64,000 nucleotides of DNA, from contig JBMNFY010000008.1 in the NCBI GenBank assembly GCA_050949565.1, positions 224,001 to 288,000 on the forward strand, read 5' to 3'. Made by a program: the position numbers and the translations under genes. Positions 56,591 through 64,000 of this stretch are shown one piece after another; position 1 is the first letter of the stretch; every line of letters begins with the position of its first letter. A model generated the notes under the pieces. The model was not told the DNA's origin. It saw only the letters and a list, made by a program, of their open reading frames with translations, and made no database searches. The DNA is from Kiritimatiellia bacterium. Lineage in GTDB: Bacteria; Verrucomicrobiota; Kiritimatiellia; RFP12; UBA1067.

Positions 56591-57604
56591 ATGAGCATTC
56601 TTGATTCCATGATTCCCCGCGCCCAAGCGGCAAACAAAACCATCGTGCTGCCCGAGGGCCAAGATCCACGCGTCATCACGGCTGCTGTTAAAGCGGCTCA
56701 GACCGGCATCTGCACGCCGATCGTGCTGGGCACGCCCGCCGAAATCGCAGCCGCTGAAGCACAGGCCGGCGTCACGCTGGCTGCATCTGGCGTGCGCGCA
56801 GTCGACTACACGAACACCGACCTGCTGCCGCGCCTGGCCACCGCTCTCTACGAAAAGCGCAAAGCCAAGGGCATGACCGCCGAGGAAGCCGAAGCCATCG
56901 TGAAGGGCAAGCGCCTCTATTTCGGTAGCATGATGGTGGCGCTGGATCTGGCGCAGGGGATGGTGGCCGGTTCGATTGCTTCGACCGGCGACATGCTGCG
57001 CAGCGCCTTCCACTGTGTCGGCACCGCCGCAGGCATCAAACTCGCCTCCTCAACATTCATCATGGACCTTAAGACACCGACCGCGTCCGGCGATACCACG
57101 TTACTTTTCGCGGACTGTGCCGTGATCCCCTGCCCGACGGCCGAGGAGCTGGTTGATATCGCACATGCCACCGCCATCTCCTACCGTAAACTGATTGGAC
57201 GCCAGCCGCGTCTGGCCTTCCTCAGCTTCTCCTCCAAGGGCAGCGCCAAGCATGAGCTGGTGGACAAGGTGCGGACCGCAGCGGAGTTGACCCGTCAGCG
57301 CTTTGAGACGCAGGGCGTGGATGCCATCGTTGACGGAGAGGTCCAGGCCGACACCGCGCTCGTGCCCGCAGTGGCAGCCGCCAAGAACAAGGGCGGCGCG
57401 CTTCAGGGCGATGCCAACGTGCTGATCTTCCCCGACCTTCAGGCCGGAAACATCAGCTACAAGCTGGTGGAGCGGCTGGCCGGCGCAACCGCGCTGGGTC
57501 CCGTGCTCCAAGGCTTGGCCAAGCCGATCAACGACCTCTCGCGTGGTTGCAGCGCCGATGACATTTTCGGCACGCTCTGCATCACCGCGCTTCAGAGTGC
57601 CTAA
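56591..57604 (+). CDS. pta: Phosphate acetyltransferase
   Basis: [46 protein letters not shown]. Confidence 0.97.
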   Translation: MSILDSMIPRAQAANKTIVLPEGQDPRVITAAVKAAQTGICTPIVLGTPAEIAAAEAQAGVTLAASGVRAVDYTNTDLLPRLATALYEKRKAKGMTAEEAEAIVKGKRLYFGSMMVALDLAQGMVAGSIASTGDMLRSAFHCVGTAAGIKLASSTFIMDLKTPTASGDTTLLFADCAVIPCPTAEELVDIAHATAISYRKLIGRQPRLAFLSFSSKGSAKHELVDKVRTAAELTRQRFETQGVDAIVDGEVQADTALVPAVAAAKNKGGALQGDANVLIFPDLQAGNISYKLVERLAGATALGPVLQGLAKPINDLSRGCSADDIFGTLCITALQSA

Positions 57605-60600
57605 CGCCCACCCCTGAATCGACCCGTCCGCTTCGCCATGTACATCATGGTTCCACGCTCGGTCTTCAAGTGATCGTTATCCTGTGTCCTGAAATCGGCT
57701 GTGGCACGGCGACGCGAAGCTAATTCCCGTACGCTGATCTGCCACAGACCGCGCCGATCATTCGGGGCCAGATCAAGCGTGAGTGTGAGTTGTCCATGCT
57801 CGGTACCGTAGTATCCGCTCCCCTCAGCCTGCGCGCCAGCCGGATCGAGGATGTCGACACGCAACGGTACCACGGCATCGATCGGCTCCTCTTCCTGATC
57901 CACCACGGAAATCGTGCAGGACAGACGGCCACCAAGGTGCGCTTCCTGCGCAACGTTGACACGCACCGCATTGATGGCGCGCTCTGTGACCATCAGCACG
58001 CAACCGTCACAAGGACCGAATGTGTGCGCGACGGTCAGCCGCCCATCCCGCACATGCGCGTCCAAAGCGCACCCTTCCACCAGATCGTACACATGGCCCG
58101 AGGAGCGCGCCAGCGATAGCACAGCCGTTGCCGGAACGCCGTTCTCCATCACCAGGCCATACTGCCCGACGTAATCTCCAAACTCGCGCCGATCGTTGAC
58201 GGCAAAGAGATAATCGGTGGAGCCGTACGAACGGCAACGGGGCACCACATCTGGCGTTGAGGCATCGCAATAGCGCTGGTAACGTGTGTCGAGTGCCGCA
58301 CGCAACTCGGCGGATTTGGCGATCAAAGCGGCGCGATCCTCATCCGCCTGGACCGTCCGCGTATAACTCGCGAGCGTGATGTCAGCCTGGATGGCCGGGC
58401 AGAGACGTTCATCCCCCACCACCACCCCGCCCCGCGCCTGAAACGCCTGGACCGTAGCCGCCACGCCAGCCGTCAGTACATCGCAGTCCATCATGACCAG
58501 CACACTGTATCTGTCCAGTCCATTCGTTTTCACCGTTTCATCGTAGATGATCTCGGGCTGGAGATGCGCCCACAACAACATCTGATAGGCGTCGCCGGAC
58601 CACCCTTCGCCCCAGCCGTAGGTTCCGCGCTGCGCGAACATCTGCGATGCGAAGCTCTCCAGAAACGCGACATCACTGGGTCGGTCAGGAACTTGCAGCA
58701 AGGTGGGCCCCAGCGGCTCCACGACCTCTTTGATCAGGCGGCGCAACTCATGCTGGGTCTGCGGATGGGTGTAGCGATAGGCGCTCTCACCGCTCTGAGG
58801 CACCAGCGATTCCCATCCGTGATACATGATGCCGCGCACCGGCCGGGCCAGTTTTGTCCAGAACGTCTCGCGCAGGTGCATGGGCGCAATGGTCAGGAAA
58901 GCCGCGTCGGGATCAGTGTCCATCCACGGCGGGGCGGGTACATTTCCGCCCTCGCCCCCCTCCGTGAGCGGTGCCGTCTGCGAGCGGTACCAGATGATCT
59001 GGGTCATCTTCATGACCTGCTGTGGCTGAGCAGCGCCGCGCGCCATGGCAAACAGCTCGTCGGTCGCCACGCCGATGCGGATCGGGTCGGGATAAGAGTA
59101 GGTCCATTGCGACAGGACATCCACGTTCCCGCCGCTTCCGTAGACGCTCGCCACACGCACTGCCGGATCGTGGAATGTCCAAAGCCCTTCCCGCCCGGTC
59201 GACCGGAGCCCCCGGTGCAATTCGGAGTTCATGCGATTCCAACCGTCGCCCTCCTTCCAATACCAAGAGAGAAAGCGCAAGAGCTGATGGTCATCAGGGA
59301 TCACCCTGTTCGATGGAAAGTCATCCAGTTCGGCATAATCCACACCGTACTTGCTCGGTGCGTTCGTCGGGTAATCCGCGCCGGTCGCGCCTTGACACGC
59401 CGCGCGGTCATGCGCGTGCCAGCAGACGTCCGCTTCGTCACGCACCTCGGTATGTAGCAAAGCCGCCTGCCAGGCCGGGAAAGCGCTGTAGGCCTGCGCC
59501 ACCGATGCGCCTACATTAAAAGCGAACGCCTGCATCTCTGGAAACGCCGCGCAGAGCGCCGGTCTTTGGTCGTCGCTGGCACCCTCACGATTCACACGCC
59601 GGAACTCCGGCTTCTCGACAGCCGCCCAGTGGCCGGGTGAAAGCGTCGCGATGATGCCGACATCACGTGCCAGCGCGGTATCCAGCAGCCGCTTAGCCTC
59701 TGCAAGGTACACAGGTTCCTCGGGCGCGACCGGCTGCCCCGCTTCATAGATGCGCGCATAATCCGCACTTAACCCCAAGCAGTGCGTGAACCCGATTTCC
59801 GTCAGGCGCGGCAATTCGTGCAGAAAAATATAGTCCCACAGCACCACCGGCATGCGCGGCGGACGGCGCGGCACCAGCGTGAACGGCACACTCTCCTCGC
59901 TTACATAGGATGCCGTCCCATCCTCCAAAGAGGCCGCGATACGTAACCGCATCATATAGTTGCCGGGACGCAGCGTCGTATCGACAGGCACCTCGTTCGT
60001 CCGACTCCCGCCCGATGCGAGTTCCGGTATCTGGTAGCGAGCGGTCTCACGTCCCTCGACCGTGCAGAGCAAAGAGACATCGTGCGCGGTCTGCTGACGC
60101 TGGGCATTGGTCAGTATGAAACGCAAGGACGACGCCTCTTCCATGCGCACAAACACGCTCCGGTCGGAGATCAAGGACACTGTTATCGGACGGAACTCCA
60201 GCGCACCTTGACACAGCCGCACCTGCGTCAGGTATCCCGGAAAGCCAAAATAGTAGCTGCCGAGACGGTCACCGATAGAGAGATGATGGTCGCCCGGCGC
60301 GATATACCCGCGTCCCGTCCGGGTGACCGTGCCCTGCGCCGTGCCGTCCCTGAAAAACCGCACGGTCCCGGCGCCGTCGTAGGTGACCGCGAGATGCGTC
60401 CAGATGTTCGTCGCGAACACCGAGGGCTGCGAAACATACTCTTCCGAACCATCGCCGAAACCGAGCCGCAGATAGGCACATCGTTGATCATTTTCGTTGG
60501 CGGCTCCCAGCGTCCATTGGTAATCCGTGTGCGCCACATATTTTTTGTCGATCAGGAACGCTACGGGACAATCGACAAATTCAGGCTTCGGTTTGATCCA

Positions 60601-60930
60601 CATCTCCAGTGTAAACGCGCCCCGGGGCGAAAGCGAGGGGTGATTGGTCACGATGGCCGCGTGGCATTCGTCTTCCACCGGCCAGCCGCAGAACGATTCC
60701 AGACAGGAGCCCCAGCGGTCGTCCGGCACCAGCACGGCCCCGTGCAGTACCGCATCGCGTCCCTTGCCCGACGCATCCTTCAGGTCTGCGAAGGCCCACA
60801 GGCCCACCACTTTCTCGCCGGTCGCGTCCGCGCCCGTGTAGGGTGCCATCCAATTTTCACATGGCTGTCCTGCGTACAAGATCCACGCCGACATCACCAG
60901 CGCACAAGCCAATCCGACACTGGTTTCCAT
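57601..60930 (-). CDS. Secreted LamG + TIM-barrel/beta-galactosidase-trimerization-like putative glycoside hydrolase
   Basis: Signal peptide; [19 protein letters not shown]; [26 protein letters not shown]. Confidence 0.7.
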   Translation of the reverse strand: METSVGLACALVMSAWILYAGQPCENWMAPYTGADATGEKVVGLWAFADLKDASGKGRDAVLHGAVLVPDDRWGSCLESFCGWPVEDECHAAIVTNHPSLSPRGAFTLEMWIKPKPEFVDCPVAFLIDKKYVAHTDYQWTLGAANENDQRCAYLRLGFGDGSEEYVSQPSVFATNIWTHLAVTYDGAGTVRFFRDGTAQGTVTRTGRGYIAPGDHHLSIGDRLGSYYFGFPGYLTQVRLCQGALEFRPITVSLISDRSVFVRMEEASSLRFILTNAQRQQTAHDVSLLCTVEGRETARYQIPELASGGSRTNEVPVDTTLRPGNYMMRLRIAASLEDGTASYVSEESVPFTLVPRRPPRMPVVLWDYIFLHELPRLTEIGFTHCLGLSADYARIYEAGQPVAPEEPVYLAEAKRLLDTALARDVGIIATLSPGHWAAVEKPEFRRVNREGASDDQRPALCAAFPEMQAFAFNVGASVAQAYSAFPAWQAALLHTEVRDEADVCWHAHDRAACQGATGADYPTNAPSKYGVDYAELDDFPSNRVIPDDHQLLRFLSWYWKEGDGWNRMNSELHRGLRSTGREGLWTFHDPAVRVASVYGSGGNVDVLSQWTYSYPDPIRIGVATDELFAMARGAAQPQQVMKMTQIIWYRSQTAPLTEGGEGGNVPAPPWMDTDPDAAFLTIAPMHLRETFWTKLARPVRGIMYHGWESLVPQSGESAYRYTHPQTQHELRRLIKEVVEPLGPTLLQVPDRPSDVAFLESFASQMFAQRGTYGWGEGWSGDAYQMLLWAHLQPEIIYDETVKTNGLDRYSVLVMMDCDVLTAGVAATVQAFQARGGVVVGDERLCPAIQADITLASYTRTVQADEDRAALIAKSAELRAALDTRYQRYCDASTPDVVPRCRSYGSTDYLFAVNDRREFGDYVGQYGLVMENGVPATAVLSLARSSGHVYDLVEGCALDAHVRDGRLTVAHTFGPCDGCVLMVTERAINAVRVNVAQEAHLGGRLSCTISVVDQEEEPIDAVVPLRVDILDPAGAQAEGSGYYGTEHGQLTLTLDLAPNDRRGLWQISVRELASRRRATADFRTQDNDHLKTERGTMMYMAKRTGRFRGGR

Positions 60931-61029
60931 ATATCCCTCCTGTCAATCAATCACGTCCGCTACGCCGACGCACATTATGCGAAAGGGTACGGACGCCTGT
61001 CAATTGGGCTCTGTCTTCCCATAGATTCT

Positions 61030-61152
61030 GCAGGAAGGTCTGGACGAGGCCATCTTTCGTGTGATCGCTCAGGAAGGTGCCAAGCGGATAGACAAGGACA
61101 CGCTTGTAGTTGTCGATCCGACCGACATTCGCAAGCTGTACGTCCGTAATGA
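61030..61152 (+). pseudogene. DDE transposase fragment (IS4/IS701-like first-Asp segment)
   Basis: Reads ILQEGLDEAIFRVIAQEGAKRIDKDTLVVVDPTDIRKLY; no start codon and no downstream domain. Confidence 0.5.
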
Positions 61153-61160
61153 ACTAAACC

Positions 61161-61439
61161 TAAAAAGAGCAGTTGAGCATGCAGATTTTGAGAAAAGCCC
61201 CGTAAACATTGGCTTCCGTTGAGATCCGCGCCGCACCTATTTGGTGCAGAACGCCATTTCTGATTGGAACCACGGAACACACTAAACACACGGAAACAGA
61301 GCCATGCCTTTCCGTGTGTTCGGTGTGTTCCGTGGTTAAACAATCGATCCCGATAGCGATCCCGATCCCGATTTGGATGAAACCATGAAACCTTGAAACC
61401 AGAAACCAAGGAGAGTTGAAGGTTCAACTGCTCTTTTTA
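61161..61439. mobile_element. Miniature element with 16-bp TIRs carrying an inverted pair of CACGGAA triads
   Basis: TAAAAAGAGCAGTTGA at 61161-61176 and TCAACTGCTCTTTTTA at 61424-61439. Confidence 0.8.
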
Positions 61440-61463
61440 AGCCGTCGCGCCGGCGCGGAGGCT

Positions 61464-61492
61464 TTGACACACCGACACGTTTGTGAGAAAAT
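61464..61492 (+). promoter_or_regulatory. Putative sigma70 promoter for tkt
   Basis: TTGACA-N17-GAAAAT with TG extension. Confidence 0.45.
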
Positions 61493-61538
61493 GACGCCTC
61501 TTTATTCCTAGGAACCGCTTACGAGGGAGCTTGATTTT

Positions 61539-63542
61539 ATGAAATTGACGAATGAGTTGCTGGCGCTGACGGCCAATACGATCCGTTGCCTGTCCATCGA
61601 TGGCGTACAGGCTGCAAAATCGGGGCATCCGGGCGCACCGATGGGCCTAGCGGACATCGCTACTGTGTTGTGGCTCAAATATCTGAAGCACTCTTCGGCC
61701 GACTCCAAATGGCCTGACCGCGACCGCTTCGTGCTCTCCGGCGGCCATGGTTCGATGCTGCTGTACAGCCTCCTGCACCTTGCCGGCTATGATCTGCCGA
61801 TGGATGAACTGATGCGTTTCCGTCAGGTGGGCAGCCTCACGCCGGGGCATCCGGAATACGGACACACCGAGGGCGTGGAGACGACAACCGGACCGCTGGG
61901 CCAGGGCCTCGCCACAGCGATCGGCATGGCAATCGCGGAGCGCATGGCGGCGGCGCGCTTCAATGTCGCCGACAGCGATCCGGTGGTGGATCACCGCACT
62001 TGGGTGTTCTGCGGCGACGGCGACTTGGAAGAGGGCATCAGCCATGAGGCCTGCTCGCTCGCCGGGCACTTGAAACTCGACAAGCTGGTACTGTTTTATG
62101 ACAGCAACAATATCACCATCGAGGGCCGCACCGACCTCGCGCTCAGCGACGATGCCAAGAAGCGTTTCCAGGCCTATAACTGGCATGTGCTGGAGATCGA
62201 CGGCCATGACTTTGACCAGATCGACCGCGCGATCCGCAAGGCGCTCAGGCTGACCGGCAAGCCGGTGGTGATTATCTGCAACACGCTGATCGGCAAGGGC
62301 AGCCCCAACAAGCAGGACTCGGCTGCGGCGCATGGTGCGCCGCTCGGCGAAGAAGAGGTTAAGCTCACCAAGGCCGCGCTCGGCTTCGATCCCGAAAAAT
62401 CGTTCTATGTGCCGGAAGAAGTCACAACGCTGTTTAAGGAGCGCGCCGCGAAAACCAAGCGCATGATGGGCAAGTGGAAGCGCGTGTTCAAGGAGTGGAC
62501 CAAAGCCAATCCCGAACTGGCGGCGAAGTGGAAGGCGATGCACGAGGATCTGATTCCCATCGACATTGAGAACGCATTACCGGTCTTCGATCCCGCCAAG
62601 CCGGTGGCAACGCGCAGCGCGTCCGGCATCGTGCTCAACGCGCTGGCCAAGGTGTTGCCGCAGTTGGTCGGTGGCTCGGCCGATCTGGCGCCCAGCAACA
62701 TGACCTGGCTCAAGGATTTCGAGGCGATCGCGCCGGGTAACTTCGCGGGCCGCAATTTCCATTTCGGCGTCCGCGAAATCGCGATGGCCGCGATCATGAA
62801 CGGCATCCAGTTGCATGGCGGATTCCGCATCTTTGGCGGGACGTTCTTCGTGTTCAGCGATTACTGCCGTCCGTCGATGCGTCTCGCGGCATTGATGGGG
62901 CTGCCGGTGATCTATGTCTACACCCATGACAGCTTCTATGTGGGCGAGGACGGCCCGACGCACGAGCCGGTTGAACAGCTTGCGGCGCTGCGTTGCATGC
63001 CGAATGTCACGGTGATTCGTCCGGCTGATCCGACCGAAACCGCCGCCGCCTGGGTGGCCGCTCTGCGCAATAAGAAGGGGCCGACCGCCCTGTTGCTGAC
63101 ACGCCAAAACATGAAGGTGATTGACCGCACCAAGTTCCCGTCCGCCGCAAATGTCGAGAAAGGTGCGTATACCCTGTGGCAGAACGGCGTGGGAACCCCC
63201 GACCTGACCATCATCGCGACCGGCTCCGAGGTCGAACTGGCGCTGGATGCGGCGAAGCAGCTCGAAGGTAAAAACGTGCGCGTTGTAAGTATGCCGTCAT
63301 GGGAGCTGTTTGAGAAGCAGAACCAGACCTACCGTGACCGGATCATCGCCCCCGACTGCAAACGCCGTCTGGTGGTCGAGGCCGGCTGCTCGTTTGGCTG
63401 GGAACGTTACGCAGGAACCAAGTACGAGATGGTGACGCTTGACACCTTCGGCGCTTCGGGACCTTACAAGGAACTGGCCAAACAATTCGGCTTCACGGTC
63501 GAAAATGTCGTCGAAAAGGCGCGCGCGCTGCTGGCGCGTTGA
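61539..63542 (+). CDS. tkt: Transketolase
   Basis: SGHPGAPMG, DRDRFVLSGGHGSMLLY, TTGPLGQG, GDGDLEEG, GEDGPTHEPVE. Confidence 0.98.
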   Translation: MKLTNELLALTANTIRCLSIDGVQAAKSGHPGAPMGLADIATVLWLKYLKHSSADSKWPDRDRFVLSGGHGSMLLYSLLHLAGYDLPMDELMRFRQVGSLTPGHPEYGHTEGVETTTGPLGQGLATAIGMAIAERMAAARFNVADSDPVVDHRTWVFCGDGDLEEGISHEACSLAGHLKLDKLVLFYDSNNITIEGRTDLALSDDAKKRFQAYNWHVLEIDGHDFDQIDRAIRKALRLTGKPVVIICNTLIGKGSPNKQDSAAAHGAPLGEEEVKLTKAALGFDPEKSFYVPEEVTTLFKERAAKTKRMMGKWKRVFKEWTKANPELAAKWKAMHEDLIPIDIENALPVFDPAKPVATRSASGIVLNALAKVLPQLVGGSADLAPSNMTWLKDFEAIAPGNFAGRNFHFGVREIAMAAIMNGIQLHGGFRIFGGTFFVFSDYCRPSMRLAALMGLPVIYVYTHDSFYVGEDGPTHEPVEQLAALRCMPNVTVIRPADPTETAAAWVAALRNKKGPTALLLTRQNMKVIDRTKFPSAANVEKGAYTLWQNGVGTPDLTIIATGSEVELALDAAKQLEGKNVRVVSMPSWELFEKQNQTYRDRIIAPDCKRRLVVEAGCSFGWERYAGTKYEMVTLDTFGASGPYKELAKQFGFTVENVVEKARALLAR

Positions 63543-63562
63543 TCGGACGAAGATTCGGCCCC

Positions 63563-64000
63563 ATGAATGAGCCGCCTGTAAAAACAAAAGGATACGCCTT
63601 TGGCACTTTCAAAGGCGTCTTCACGCCAAGCATCCTCACGATCCTCGGCGTGATCATGTACCTGCGTTTAGGGTGGGTGCTCGGCAATGTCGGACTCGCC
63701 CTGACGCTGGTCATCGTGACCGTCTCCAGTTCGGTCACGTTTCTCACCGGTCTCTCGGTGTCGGCGCTCGCCACCAACATGCACGTCAAGGGCGGCGGCG
63801 CGTATTATATGATTTCGCGCTCGCTCGGCGTCGAGGCCGGCGGCGCGATCGGCATCCCGCTCTTTCTGGCGCAGGCGATCAGCATCTCCTTCTACACCGC
63901 CGGTTTCGCCGAAGCGGTAGTCGCCTTGCTGCCGATGCTGGACGTCAAGATCGTGGGCCTGGTGACGCTCGCGATCCTCGGCCTGATCACCGTCTTCTCG
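63563..64000 (+). CDS. Amino acid permease / SLC12 cation-chloride cotransporter family (runs off the window)
   Basis: FGTFKGVFTPSILTILGVIMYLRLGWVLGNVG...ATNMHVKGGGAYYMISRSLGVEAGGAIG. Confidence 0.92.
   Translation, partial: MNEPPVKTKGYAFGTFKGVFTPSILTILGVIMYLRLGWVLGNVGLALTLVIVTVSSSVTFLTGLSVSALATNMHVKGGGAYYMISRSLGVEAGGAIGIPLFLAQAISISFYTAGFAEAVVALLPMLDVKIVGLVTLAILGLITVFS

Noticed and set aside
60975-61427. 150-aa minus-strand ORF (and similar 49912-50154)
   Set aside because: Translation of the miniature element and triad modules; no RBS or domain.

Overview
GC-rich bacterial chromosome segment. Gene content and C-terminal motifs suggest Kiritimatiellia (PVC superphylum); this is inference only. 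Housekeeping genes (nagB, efp, frameshifted dapF, prc, aspS, ackA-pta, tkt, tRNA-Gly/Leu) are mixed with large secreted carbohydrate-active or surface proteins, an EcoRI-like R-M pair, a Type IIG R-M fusion and a Ser/Thr pseudokinase. The most striking content is a layered set of small selfish DNA. (1) A 101-bp MITE with IS5/IS1106-like ends and a REP-doublet core; with its 4-bp TSD it adds exactly 35 codons, and it sits in frame inside two otherwise intact genes. (2) A long HUH/Y1 (RAYT-like) transposase bounded by perfect 26-bp non-palindromic inverted repeats, with two internally deleted derivatives, a tandemly triplicated end and an adjacent AT-rich orphan gene. (3) Intergenic arrays of interchangeable ~30-bp 'triad' modules (three 7-mers after a GCTCGG..TTTAAC-like leader), mixed with heptamer tracts and four REP-like families; some repeats are also translated in frame inside a membrane protein.
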